A DNA stretch of 63,274 bases, filler included. It is 5 parts of 5 records of this genome, joined end to end, with 100 filler letters (N's around TTAATTAATTAA, not from the genome) between each part and the next. Parts side by side here need not be neighbours in the genome. Positions count along the whole stretch, not along the records: positions 20,647 to 27,805 come from SRR20825010_1698; positions 27,906 to 59,438 come from SRR20825010_1704; 3 more parts are not named here. One strand, written 5' to 3'. Below are positions 21,173-30,612 of the stretch, piece by piece. The position numbers were made by a program, and so were the translations under genes. A model generated the notes under the pieces. It did not search any database, was not told the DNA's origin, and saw only the letters and a program-made list of their open reading frames with translations. Every line of letters begins with the position of its first letter. The first letter of the stretch is position 1.

Positions 21173-23035
21173 ATGGCTATCGACCGAGACATGCTGACCG
21201 ATGAATCCATTGCTGTGCGTCGTCCTCGACGATGGGACGAACCGATGGACCCGCACATGACCGATGCGGACGTGGGATGGTTGCGCGAACAGTCCCCCTT
21301 TTCGAACCTGGATCCGGCCGCGTTTCCCAAATCGATTCCGCTCGATGGCATCCTTCGGAACGATTGTCGATTGCATCGTTTCGCTCACGGCGAAGTGATC
21401 GCTCGCGAGGGTGATTACGCAAACAGTGCGTTCCTATTGGTTGATGGACACGCTGAACTGTTGACTCGCGAATTGCCACCGGAATTGCTCGGTCGTCGTG
21501 AAACCGAAAAAGTATCGTGGCCCAAAGCGGTTTGGCAATTGCTCCGACCTTCCGGCGTTCGCGAAGCTCGGCGTCCCGAGGAAGTCGTCCCGAATGTCGA
21601 CTTACATGCCTCCGCCCATCATGCGGACGATCGTCCTCCGGTTTTACAGTTGCAGGACTTCGATGGGCTGGTGCGAGCCGGCCAAAGTGTGCGATTGAGT
21701 CCGGGCGAATTGTTCGGTGAGGTTGCGGCGATGTATCGGTCGCCGCGATCGGCCACAGTTGTTTCGCAGGGCGATAGCACGTTGCTGGAGATCCGACTGC
21801 AGGGTCTGAAGATGCTGCGTCGCGATCCCGCGTTTTCGCAGCGGATGGACGATCACTACCGAGAAAACTGGCTGCCGATCCACCTGCGTGAAATCCCATT
21901 GTTGCGATTTCTACCCGAGCAAAATTTGCAGCGAGTGGTTGCGGCGACGGTCCAACGTTCATTCGGTCGATTGGAATGGAATGCGGACTACAAAAAGACT
22001 CGCAAGCTTTCTCCCGCCGAGCAAATTGAAAGCGAACCGGTGGTGGCCACCGAGGGTCATCAGGTCACGGATCTGATCATCGTTCGCAGCGGTTTTGGGC
22101 GGGTTTGTCAAAGCTACGGTGTGGCTCAACGAACGACCGCGTACCTCGGCAAGGGCCACCTATTCGGTCTGGAAGAGATCGCGTTGGGTGTCACCAATGA
22201 AGACGGACCGATCAATTTGCCGCTGCAGCATTCGCTTCGTGCGGTCGGGTTCCTAGACACGTTGCACATCCCGGTCGAATGCTTTGCAACCGACATTTTG
22301 CCACACGTTCGCCGCAGCGAATTGCCAGCTTCGGCCGCGAAAGCGTTGTTGCGAATGCCGGCATCCGAGGAGGCTCGTGAACGTCGCAGCGAAGAGCGAC
22401 CGAAGGTGGATTTGCCGATCGTTTCGACCGCGATGAATCACACCAGCGAGGAAACATGGCAGGATTTGCCGAGTCCAACCGGGACATCCTTTGAGCCCAC
22501 CGGATTGCTCGAGTTCATCGTTCAGAATCGTTTTAACAACGGTCGCGAAGCGATGATCATTGATTTGCATCGTTGCACCCGTTGCGATGATTGCGTCAAA
22601 GCCTGCGCGAGCGTGCATGATGGCAATCCCAAGTTTGCTCGCGTTGGCGTCAACCATGATCGACTGCAATTCGTTCAGGCATGCATGCACTGCACCGATC
22701 CCGTTTGCATGATCGGTTGCCCAACGGGAGCTTTGCACCGCGAGGAATCGACCGGCCACGTTCGTGTTTCGGAATCCATTTGCATTGGTTGCGGCACGTG
22801 CGCCAAAGGGTGCCCGTACGGCAACATCGAAATGGCGGCAGTGAACGATCACAAGGGACGTCCCTACACCGACGAAGCGAGCAACCGGCCGATCACCAAG
22901 GCGACCAAGTGCGACATGTGCAGTGGACTGCCCAGCGGGCCGGCATGCGCCGCGGCGTGCCCACATGATGCGATCGTTCGAATTGACTTGAGCGAATCGC
23001 CGCCGCTGGAAGACTGGTTGAGGAGACGAACATGA
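21173..23035 (+). CDS. Cyclic-nucleotide-binding domain / 4x[4Fe-4S] (DmsB/NrfC-type) fusion protein
   Basis: cNMP motifs GEVIAREGDYANSAFLLVDG and FGEVAAMYRSPRSATV, plus a second degenerate cNMP domain. Four Cys groups: CTRCDDCVKAC, CMHCTDPVCMIGCP, CIGCGTCAKGCP, CDMC...CAAACP. Confidence 0.88.
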   Translation: MAIDRDMLTDESIAVRRPRRWDEPMDPHMTDADVGWLREQSPFSNLDPAAFPKSIPLDGILRNDCRLHRFAHGEVIAREGDYANSAFLLVDGHAELLTRELPPELLGRRETEKVSWPKAVWQLLRPSGVREARRPEEVVPNVDLHASAHHADDRPPVLQLQDFDGLVRAGQSVRLSPGELFGEVAAMYRSPRSATVVSQGDSTLLEIRLQGLKMLRRDPAFSQRMDDHYRENWLPIHLREIPLLRFLPEQNLQRVVAATVQRSFGRLEWNADYKKTRKLSPAEQIESEPVVATEGHQVTDLIIVRSGFGRVCQSYGVAQRTTAYLGKGHLFGLEEIALGVTNEDGPINLPLQHSLRAVGFLDTLHIPVECFATDILPHVRRSELPASAAKALLRMPASEEARERRSEERPKVDLPIVSTAMNHTSEETWQDLPSPTGTSFEPTGLLEFIVQNRFNNGREAMIIDLHRCTRCDDCVKACASVHDGNPKFARVGVNHDRLQFVQACMHCTDPVCMIGCPTGALHREESTGHVRVSESICIGCGTCAKGCPYGNIEMAAVNDHKGRPYTDEASNRPITKATKCDMCSGLPSGPACAAACPHDAIVRIDLSESPPLEDWLRRRT

Positions 23036-23970
23036 GTGTGGCTGAACGCCGCCGTTCTGCGTCGTCGCGACGTTGGCAACAATTCCGCACCGATGCCCTG
23101 TCCAAATTCCGTCGCCGAGTGTTTGGCACCGGTCGAGCATGGTCGTTTCGTCGTCGACGAATCGCGAGTTTGATCGTTGTCGCGATTGCGATTGTGTTAA
23201 CCGCCTGGATATCGCAAACGCTGCATACGGCGCTCTATCGAAGCAGCGTGATGACGGGCTGGACGCTGCTGAGTTCGATCTTGATTTTGTTTGCGATCGG
23301 CATTCGTCGTCGGATTCCGATCTTGCCACTGGGCACGATGAGCACCTGGACTCAGGTTCACATTTTCACCGGTCTGTTTGCGTGTGGCGTGTTTGTGATG
23401 CACGTGCCCGCGATCGCGACGGGACGACTGATCGCGGATGGTTGGCTGGAAGGAACGCTGAGCGTCTTGTTCATCGGCGTCAGCCTCTCGGGATTCTATG
23501 GGATCCTGGCGAGTCGTCGATTGCCGGCTCGTTTGACCGCAATGGGCAGCCAACCTCGGTACGATCAAATCGATTGGCATCGAGAGCAATTGGCGGCACG
23601 CGCGACGCAGCGTCTGGACAGTTTGACCAGCGTCGACTCTCAACGCGTCTTGGGCGAGTTTGACGATCAATACCTTCGTCGGTATCTCGAGTCACCGCTT
23701 TCGTGGTCACACCGCTTGTTCGCTCATTCGTTTCGACGTCGCCGTTTGGTGATCGGTTTGAATGAGCTGCATCGGTACTTGGGAGACGACGGCAAAGAAG
23801 TTGCTGACGAACTTGCCGGTTTGGTTCGTCGCCGCGATGAACTGGACACACAGCACGCTCTTCAGTGGCGACTGCGGGCTTGGGTGGCGGTTCACGCCGT
23901 GATGTCGTTGGGATTGGTGGCGCTCGCCATCATGCACACCATTCATGCATTGCAGTTTGTGGAATCATGA
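23032..23970 (+). CDS. Polytopic membrane protein with intramembrane His residues (possible heme-b/quinone module)
   Basis: About 5 TM segments; His pairs in QVHIFTG...VMHVP and AVHAVMS...IMHTIH; ATGA overlaps on both sides. Confidence 0.7.
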   Translation: MSVAERRRSASSRRWQQFRTDALSKFRRRVFGTGRAWSFRRRRIASLIVVAIAIVLTAWISQTLHTALYRSSVMTGWTLLSSILILFAIGIRRRIPILPLGTMSTWTQVHIFTGLFACGVFVMHVPAIATGRLIADGWLEGTLSVLFIGVSLSGFYGILASRRLPARLTAMGSQPRYDQIDWHREQLAARATQRLDSLTSVDSQRVLGEFDDQYLRRYLESPLSWSHRLFAHSFRRRRLVIGLNELHRYLGDDGKEVADELAGLVRRRDELDTQHALQWRLRAWVAVHAVMSLGLVALAIMHTIHALQFVES

Positions 23971-26315
23971 GACGCGACGACTTTCAATTGCCGATACCAC
24001 CGAGGATCGAACGCCCCGGACACCCGTACGCATGCGGGCGTTCACCGGGATGCGATCCGTGTCTGCATGGACCGAGCCGCACCGGTGCGTGCCCCTTTGC
24101 CGACAGCGATGATTCTGAGAACGAGGCTTGTTCTCCACGACGAACTTGGGCGGGACGTCGACGTCAATTCACAGCCGCGATGCTGGCGATTTTGGCCGCC
24201 GCGATGGTCGTTCTCTTCGCGACTCGAGCGACACCCAAAGTCATTCAGCCGGGCAACCTGACAACCGCTCACGCGCAAATCCTGTCGGGCGAATTGGCTC
24301 AAGACCGATGTGCGGCGTGTCACCAAAATGCGACCAGCAACCGCTGGCTGACATCCTCCAGCGACCCGACATCGAGCAAGCAGAACGAAGACAAAGGCCT
24401 GTTCAGTTTGGCAAACTGGATCGGTGGCGATGATACGAAACACGCCGACATGCCGACTGTGGCCATGACCGACTTGTGTCTGAATTGCCACGAGCAACAA
24501 ATGCCGCGCGAGTCGGCTCGATGGGCACACAATTTGTCGCAGGAAGTCCGCGACGAACTGACTTTGGCCGCGATCGAGAAACGCGATGGCAGGCTCCGTA
24601 ATGACGGGCCCCGTGATAGTAGGCTCGCTGATGATAAATTCGCAAGCAGCCAGCCCAGCGATGGTCAGTCCAGTGATTTGGTTGCGATTGCGAAGATTTC
24701 CGAAGCTTCCTCAACGGTTCCCACCGTTCAAACGGTCAGCCGGAAGTCATCGCTGCAAAACAACTTGGCCTGCAGTGTTTGCCACCAAGAACACCATGGA
24801 GCGGATGCGAACCTCGCCGCCATCACCGATTCGCGTTGCCAAACCTGTCACGTCAATCAATTTGGTTCCTTTGCTGATTCGCATCCCGAGTTTGGCCAGT
24901 GGCCGTACGCGCAAGCGTCCAACATCCACTTTGATCATGGAAGGCACGCGAAGATTCATTTCCCCAGTGAAGCTGAGAAACGAAACGGTGGAGATTCATC
25001 AAGCTCCAACGCCTTTGCGACGTTTGATTGCAAGACATGTCACGTCGGACCGAGTTTCTCGAGTTTTGATCTGGACTCGACCGATCCGGTGATGACAACG
25101 TTGCCGTACGAGATTGCTTGTGCGCAGTGCCATGATGAAGCGTTGCGAGTTCAAGTTGCCGAAGGTCCCGCTTTGTTGCAGCTACCGGTCTTGCCGGACG
25201 ACATCGCACTGCAAGTTGAAGATTGGCCGACTCTGGCGACGGGTTTTGCCGATGGCACGGTGGATGGCTGGATGGCGTTGATGTTGCGAGAGCAGATCAG
25301 CGAGTCGGCTCTGAATCGTTTCCGGCGTGTTGATTCGGCGAACTGGGATTCGCCAATTGTCCAAGTCGAAGCGGTATCGCTGGGCAGGGCGATCACCAAG
25401 CTCTCACAAGAGTTGGCGACGACCGGTCAAGATGCACTCATGCAAAGACTGCGAGAAGCTGGGATCGATGAGCAAACCGCTCTGCCGCTCGTCGAATCGT
25501 TTCCGCCTCAATTGGTTCGTGACGCGCTGCGGGTTTGGTTTGGTGAAGCTGACACCGCCGCCGAATCCAAAGTCGATTCATTGATGCAGGCTGGTGCGTT
25601 CAGCGGATTGCTGGACGATGACGTCAAGAGCGAATTCGACAACGACTTTGGCGGCGGGTTCGGCGGGGCTGATCCGTTGCTTGCCGATGACCCGTTGCTG
25701 GCCGACGATCCATTGACCTCTTGGTCCACCACCGAGGAAGAAACGCCCACGCCGGAAAAAGCTGACTGGGCGGCCGAGTTGGCGGCTCGCTACGACGCAG
25801 CCAAAACACAATCGTTTGGTGGCTGGTATCGAGACGATGTGACTTTGTCGGTTCGCTACCGCGGCAAAGGTCACTCCGACGCGGTGTTGCGATCGATGAT
25901 CGAGATCATTCAGCGGTTACCATCCGATGACCCGCTCAAACAATCCTTGTTGGCTCAGCCAGCGGTTCAAGCCTGCGTGGGGTGTCACCAGGTGCAGACA
26001 GATTCGTTGGCCAATGCGTCACTCGCTTCGATGCGATGGCAAGCATTCCGCGATAAAGAAAACGGCGATCGGCTCACTCATTTCTCACACACGCCTCACT
26101 TGAACGTGCAGGGATTGCAGGATTGCAAACACTGCCACCAACCTGGAACGACCAATGCGGCCAATGCGGTGCACATGGTGGGTGAGTCGCCGGTCGATGC
26201 GTCGCCTGAATTTTTGCCGATGACGAAGGCGAGCTGTTCCAGTTGCCACACCAAGTCGGCGGCGGGGGATCACTGCACTCGATGCCATCGCTATCATGTG
26301 CACGATGTCCCATGA
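23967..26315 (+). CDS. Membrane-anchored multiheme cytochrome c (10 CxxCH)
   Basis: CAACH, CLNCH, CSVCH, CQTCH, CKTCH, CAQCH, CVGCH, CKHCH, CSSCH, CTRCH; single TM after RRRQ; start at ATG 23967 by ATGA overlap. Confidence 0.88.
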   Translation: MRRDDFQLPIPPRIERPGHPYACGRSPGCDPCLHGPSRTGACPFADSDDSENEACSPRRTWAGRRRQFTAAMLAILAAAMVVLFATRATPKVIQPGNLTTAHAQILSGELAQDRCAACHQNATSNRWLTSSSDPTSSKQNEDKGLFSLANWIGGDDTKHADMPTVAMTDLCLNCHEQQMPRESARWAHNLSQEVRDELTLAAIEKRDGRLRNDGPRDSRLADDKFASSQPSDGQSSDLVAIAKISEASSTVPTVQTVSRKSSLQNNLACSVCHQEHHGADANLAAITDSRCQTCHVNQFGSFADSHPEFGQWPYAQASNIHFDHGRHAKIHFPSEAEKRNGGDSSSSNAFATFDCKTCHVGPSFSSFDLDSTDPVMTTLPYEIACAQCHDEALRVQVAEGPALLQLPVLPDDIALQVEDWPTLATGFADGTVDGWMALMLREQISESALNRFRRVDSANWDSPIVQVEAVSLGRAITKLSQELATTGQDALMQRLREAGIDEQTALPLVESFPPQLVRDALRVWFGEADTAAESKVDSLMQAGAFSGLLDDDVKSEFDNDFGGGFGGADPLLADDPLLADDPLTSWSTTEEETPTPEKADWAAELAARYDAAKTQSFGGWYRDDVTLSVRYRGKGHSDAVLRSMIEIIQRLPSDDPLKQSLLAQPAVQACVGCHQVQTDSLANASLASMRWQAFRDKENGDRLTHFSHTPHLNVQGLQDCKHCHQPGTTNAANAVHMVGESPVDASPEFLPMTKASCSSCHTKSAAGDHCTRCHRYHVHDVP

Positions 26316-27006
26316 ACTCCGACAGCCGTCTCAACCGACGAACCCATTTTCCAGTCGTCACACGCGGCCGGGTGCGATTCCGTTTCGCTTTGACCTGAAC
26401 GGAAGCGATCGGGCAGGGCACATCGCGAGAATCCTGGCGGGCTTGCGACAACATCGACTCGGTTTGATCGTTGGAAATCACGGGACTGGCAAGTCGACGC
26501 TGTTGCACGACATGGCCCACGCGTTGCAGGAGAAGTTTCCCGGCGGGAAATGGATTCAACTGACCGCCGATCCCAACCGCTCGCCGATCGCTGTCGTCTC
26601 CAACATGCTGCAGAACGACCGAGCCGCGACCGAGACACAGGCAACGGTTTCGCCTGGTGGAGTGCTGGTTATCGACGGGGCGGAACAATTGTCTCCGTGG
26701 GGACGCTTTCGAATTCGTCGACGAGCTCAACAAGCGGGCCACGTTTGTTTGGCGACGGCACATCGGGATCTTCGCGGTTTTCACGTGTTGCACCGAACGA
26801 AGGTGACCGCCAAGCTGATTGAGGACTTGCTGGCAGAATTGCTGAGAGACCATCCGAACGCCCGAGAAAAGCTGGCGAAGGTCGAGAAGGCGGAATCAAT
26901 GCCGTCTTTCGCCGATGTCACCGATGTTCGCGAACTTTGGTCTCAACTCTATGATGTTGTGGGACTGTCCTCGGAAACGCCATCTTCGGAGATGCCTGAG
27001 CCATGA
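26305..27006 (+). CDS. Small P-loop (AAA-like) ATPase
   Basis: Walker A GNHGTGKST and Walker B LVIDGAEQL; overlaps the cytochrome stop. Confidence 0.75.
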   Translation: MSHELRQPSQPTNPFSSRHTRPGAIPFRFDLNGSDRAGHIARILAGLRQHRLGLIVGNHGTGKSTLLHDMAHALQEKFPGGKWIQLTADPNRSPIAVVSNMLQNDRAATETQATVSPGGVLVIDGAEQLSPWGRFRIRRRAQQAGHVCLATAHRDLRGFHVLHRTKVTAKLIEDLLAELLRDHPNAREKLAKVEKAESMPSFADVTDVRELWSQLYDVVGLSSETPSSEMPEP

Positions 27007-27080
27007 ACGTCCGACAACCGCATCGATCTCCGGCCTGACGCGCCCCCCAAAAATTGCCCCGACCTCTGAGTGGATCATTC

Positions 27081-27719
27081 ATGGCTGTACGTTTGAACGT
27101 GATCGTGCTTCGTCCCACCGGCGAACATCGCCATTTTGATCCTGCATGTGACGATGCCGTGGGGCAGTTGCTCGGTCGGCCAGGACTCGATCTTGTGTTG
27201 CTCGATCGCATCCCTGGACCGGACGAGTCCGGCACGGAACGATTGGCAGTGGAATCAATCGCGGGCGATGTCGCTTGCGTTGGTTGGACGGAAGCCGAAA
27301 AGGTTTCCGAACCGCTTGGGTTGTTGGGCAAACGGGTCGCTCGTGTGCCGCACCGACGAGACGTGGATGCCGCCCCGGTTCAAGGCGATGAACCGATCGC
27401 GAAGCTGTATCACTTTGACATGCGTCGCGAAGGTGCGTCGCAGACGATTTTGGCGGACTTGCAAGCGTTGCTGGCGACTCGACAGACTCCGATGTTTCAG
27501 ATCGGGATGGCTGGTTCAACGTCATCTAAACAGACGAAGGCGACGTCGGCGTCCAAGGCCCAGCCCAACGCCGCCCCCATCCAAAACGTGACGCCGTCTT
27601 TGGCCAAGCCACCCGCGTCAGAGGCTTCGCCGTTGGGTTCCGCCACGCCGCCATTGACCAAGAACCAATCCACTGACTTGGACGCATTGGTGGATGAACT
27701 GGACGAGTTGGATCTTTGA
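27081..27719 (+). CDS. Hypothetical protein
   Basis: Open frame with an Ala/Pro/Ser/Thr linker and acidic C-terminus (LDALVDELDELDL). Confidence 0.6.
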   Translation: MAVRLNVIVLRPTGEHRHFDPACDDAVGQLLGRPGLDLVLLDRIPGPDESGTERLAVESIAGDVACVGWTEAEKVSEPLGLLGKRVARVPHRRDVDAAPVQGDEPIAKLYHFDMRREGASQTILADLQALLATRQTPMFQIGMAGSTSSKQTKATSASKAQPNAAPIQNVTPSLAKPPASEASPLGSATPPLTKNQSTDLDALVDELDELDL

Positions 27720-27805
27720 TTTGTGCGAGTGTTTGCAAGTGGACTTGGTTGCGATGCGGTTTGGCGGTTGAAAATTGCCCGACGGAACAGTTGAGGACAA
27801 CGGTT

Positions 27806-27905
27806 NNNNNNNNNNNNNNNNNNNNNNNNNNNNNNNNNNNNNNNNNNNNTTAATTAATTAANNNNNNNNNNNNNNNNNNNNNNNNNNNNNNNNNNNNNNN
27901 NNNNN
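27806..27905. other. Artificial contig linker
   Basis: N44-TTAATTAATTAA-N44. Confidence 0.98.
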
Positions 27906-27906
27906 C

Positions 27907-28488
27907 GACATGGCCAAGATCGAGGCCGGTCATTTCGATCTTCACGAGGACGAGGTAAGCCTCATGGAAATCGGTGCCGAGGTGCTGCGCATGTTGCGCC
28001 AGTCTGTGGAAACAGCCCGCGTCGTGCTGAAGGTCAAGGCACTTCCCGCATTGCCGAACATCCTTGCCGACGAGCAGCAGGTGCGCCGTGTGCTGGTCAA
28101 TCTCTTGTCCAATGCTATCAAGTTTACACCGGCTGGCGGTCAGATCACACTTTCGGCCAGCGAGAACGAATGCGGCGGGTTGGACATGCGTGTGACGGAC
28201 ACTGGCATCGGCATTCCCGAAGACAAGATCGACAAGGTGCTGGAGCCTTTCGAGCAAGTGGAAAACAGCTTCACCCGCACCCGCGCAGGCACCGGTCTCG
28301 GCCTGCCGCTTGCAAAGGCGATGGTAGAATCGCATGGCGGAACGCTCACCATTTTCAGCACGCTTGGCAAAGGCACCTGTGTCTGTGTTTCTCTGCCGCC
28401 CGAGCGCACAATCCGCGCCGCAAGCGTCACACCTTTGTCCCTCTCCCCGTGGGAGAGGGAGGGGCGAGCTTTAGTGAGCGGAGGGTGA
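27907..28488 (+). CDS. Sensor histidine kinase, C-terminal HATPase fragment (PleC/DivJ-like; 5' truncated)
   Basis: DMAKIEAG, NLLSNAIKFT, DTGIGI, PFEQV and GTGLGL boxes. Confidence 0.9.
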   Translation, partial: DMAKIEAGHFDLHEDEVSLMEIGAEVLRMLRQSVETARVVLKVKALPALPNILADEQQVRRVLVNLLSNAIKFTPAGGQITLSASENECGGLDMRVTDTGIGIPEDKIDKVLEPFEQVENSFTRTRAGTGLGLPLAKAMVESHGGTLTIFSTLGKGTCVCVSLPPERTIRAASVTPLSLSPWEREGRALVSGG

Positions 28489-28492
28489 GGGG
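28438..28492. repeat. REP-like palindromic element (CCCTCTCCC..GGGAGAGGG...GGGTGAGGG)
   Basis: Perfect 10-bp stem TCCCTCTCCC-CGT-GGGAGAGGGA (28438-28460) followed by GGGTGAGGG; lies between convergent genes. Confidence 0.7.
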
Positions 28493-28535
28493 GTGAGGCG
28501 GGTCAGGAATTGGTCCAGTGGGGGAGTGTTTCTCC

Positions 28536-29234
28536 TCATCCCTCAGCCAGCGCCACCATCTGCCTGTAAGTATAGATATTCACACCCGTGCCATCGCGTC
28601 CCACCGCCGCAATCATCGCAGCCGCGACCGTCTCAGCCGGAATGCTTTTATAAATTGCCGCGGTGCCGATCATCAGCGGGTTCATGAATGGCGAAAGCTT
28701 CATCATCAGGCTCTCGCCCTGACGGCTTTCATTTCGCGATCCCAGCAAAAGACCCGGATGGAAAATATGCAGGGCGTCAAAGCCGATCTCTTTGACAGCA
28801 TCTTCCACCTCGCCCTTGACGCGCGAATAGAAAATCTTGCTCTCCGCCGATGCGCCGACGGCTGTGACAAGCGCGAAGTTCCGCGCGCCCGCCGCTTTTG
28901 CCGCACGGGCAAATCCGACCACATAGTCAAAATCCACTTTGCGGAATGCCGCCTGACTGCCTGCTGTTTTGATCGTTGTCCCCAATGTGCAAAATGCATC
29001 TGTGGGCGAGACTTGTGCCTGCGCCACAGCGCTTTCCAGATCCTCCAGCGGACCCACAATCTGCTTCAGCTTCGGATCGCTCGTCGTAATCTCCTTGCGC
29101 GTCACGGCAACAAGCTCACTGTAAAGCGGTGATGCCAGAAGGTCGCGCAGCACATAGCCTCCCACCAGCCCCGTGCTGCCCGCCAGCAATGCCACCCGTT
29201 TTCCTGTTGCCATTGTCCCACCCCGTTCCGTCAT
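28536..29234 (-). CDS. NAD(P)-binding oxidoreductase (HTATIP2/YraR-like atypical SDR)
   Basis: AGSTGLVG, FCTLGTTIKTAGSQAAFRKVDFDYV and FYSRVKGEVE; alternative start at 29213. Confidence 0.88.
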   Translation of the reverse strand: MTERGGTMATGKRVALLAGSTGLVGGYVLRDLLASPLYSELVAVTRKEITTSDPKLKQIVGPLEDLESAVAQAQVSPTDAFCTLGTTIKTAGSQAAFRKVDFDYVVGFARAAKAAGARNFALVTAVGASAESKIFYSRVKGEVEDAVKEIGFDALHIFHPGLLLGSRNESRQGESLMMKLSPFMNPLMIGTAAIYKSIPAETVAAAMIAAVGRDGTGVNIYTYRQMVALAEG

Positions 29235-29242
29235 GTTGTGGC

Positions 29243-30502
29243 TTAAAGCCCTCTGGGCACATCGCCCGTATATCTTGCTCTGGGGCGGATCATCTGGCCC
29301 GAACGATGCTGTTCGATTGCATGCCCGATCCAGCCTGCCGTGCGCCCCATCACGAATACGGCAAGTCCCGCGCCGGGCAGCATGCGCAATGTGGCGCTCA
29401 TCGCCCCGATTGCAAAATCGATACTGGGTGCCACACCGCCTGCATCCGTCATCACCTGCATGATCCGCTTGGAACGCAGAAAGGCAGGGTCGTCACCATA
29501 GGCCGCTTCCATGATCTCAATCAGCTTGGCCGCACGCGGATCACCGTCGGGATAAAGCGGATGTCCAAAGCCTGGCACGGGGTCGCCATGCCGCAGCCGC
29601 ATCAACACAGCATCCTCAAGGTCTTGCCGATGCGCCATATCGGTTAGAAAGCTTTCCACACGACTGGTAAAGCCGCCATGGCGTGGCCCCTCTGCCGCGC
29701 AAATGCCAGCTTGCACCGAAGCATAGAGTGTCGATCCTGTGCCCGCCACGCAGCGCGCGGTAAAGGCGGATGCGTTGAGTTCATGATCTGCGCAAAGCAC
29801 CAGCGCCGCACGGATCACATGCGCCGCGCGCCTGTCGCCCATGGTCATCGCCCTGGCCAGCACCTCATGCACCGGCGCAGCACTTGGCGGCACTCCGGCA
29901 ATCACGCTGGCCACAAGTCGCGTCAGTTTTGCGCCTGTCGAGGCAAGGCCTCGTTCCGTGCGGTTGTAGATCGACGGGTCAGTGGTAGCTGCGGCAGGCA
30001 GCAAAGTCAGGCAGCGCGCAATCGGTGGCAGCTGCGCCACCTCTGCGGTCAGCCGTTCCATCATCGGTGTGGGCGTGGGCACATTGTCCTGCGTGAAGGG
30101 CTGCACATCGCGGCACCCCCAGAGCAGGGTGGAGACTTGCTCAAGGCTTGAGCTTTCCGCCAGCACGGTTGCGTCCGCCCCGCGATAATAGAGCCGCCCG
30201 TCAGAAATCAGAGTAATGGCGCTCTCCAGCACAGGCACGCCGCCAAAGCTCATCGTGCTGCGCGGATCGCCTGTCTGCGCGGGCGAGGAAGTTTGGCTGG
30301 TGCGGCGTTCCTTCAGCTTGCGCACGTCCTCCGCGCGATAGCGTTTGGCGCGGCTGTCGGGCACCGGCTCGGAGCGGATCAGGTCACGGCTCACATAGGC
30401 ATAGAGCGTGGCAAGGCTTACACCCAGTTCGGCAGCGGCCTGTTTGGCTGATAAATAGAGGCTTTCCGGCGTATTTGGCTTACTGACCATCTTGAGGCTC
30501 AT
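29243..30502 (-). CDS. Citrate synthase-like protein with N-terminal excisionase/MerR-type HTH
   Basis: YLSAKQAAAELGVSLATLYAYVSRDLI HTH; citrate synthase motifs ADHELNASAF, GPRHGG, GFGHPLY..GDPR and IRPRARY. Confidence 0.88.
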   Translation of the reverse strand: MSLKMVSKPNTPESLYLSAKQAAAELGVSLATLYAYVSRDLIRSEPVPDSRAKRYRAEDVRKLKERRTSQTSSPAQTGDPRSTMSFGGVPVLESAITLISDGRLYYRGADATVLAESSSLEQVSTLLWGCRDVQPFTQDNVPTPTPMMERLTAEVAQLPPIARCLTLLPAAATTDPSIYNRTERGLASTGAKLTRLVASVIAGVPPSAAPVHEVLARAMTMGDRRAAHVIRAALVLCADHELNASAFTARCVAGTGSTLYASVQAGICAAEGPRHGGFTSRVESFLTDMAHRQDLEDAVLMRLRHGDPVPGFGHPLYPDGDPRAAKLIEIMEAAYGDDPAFLRSKRIMQVMTDAGGVAPSIDFAIGAMSATLRMLPGAGLAVFVMGRTAGWIGHAIEQHRSGQMIRPRARYTGDVPRGL

Positions 30503-30513
30503 ATTTTTATATA

Positions 30514-30530
30514 TTGATTAGCTTAATCAA
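30514..30530. promoter_or_regulatory. Operator-like inverted repeat between divergent citrate synthase genes
   Basis: Perfect TTGATTA-GCT-TAATCAA; a further TTGATT half-site at 30533. Confidence 0.65.
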
Positions 30531-30612
30531 GATTGATTGTAATGCAATCCCCCCTCAGATTTCCCCCATAGAGCGAAGCCAGTCAGCTTTGCCCCAAATC
30601 CGAGGTGCCAAA

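Noticed and set aside
25671-25718. Short tandem repeat as CRISPR-like array
   Set aside because: In-frame 18-nt coding repeat with no spacers and no cas genes.
30514-30530. FNR/FixK box
   Set aside because: Spacing is TTGAT-N7-ATCAA, not N4.
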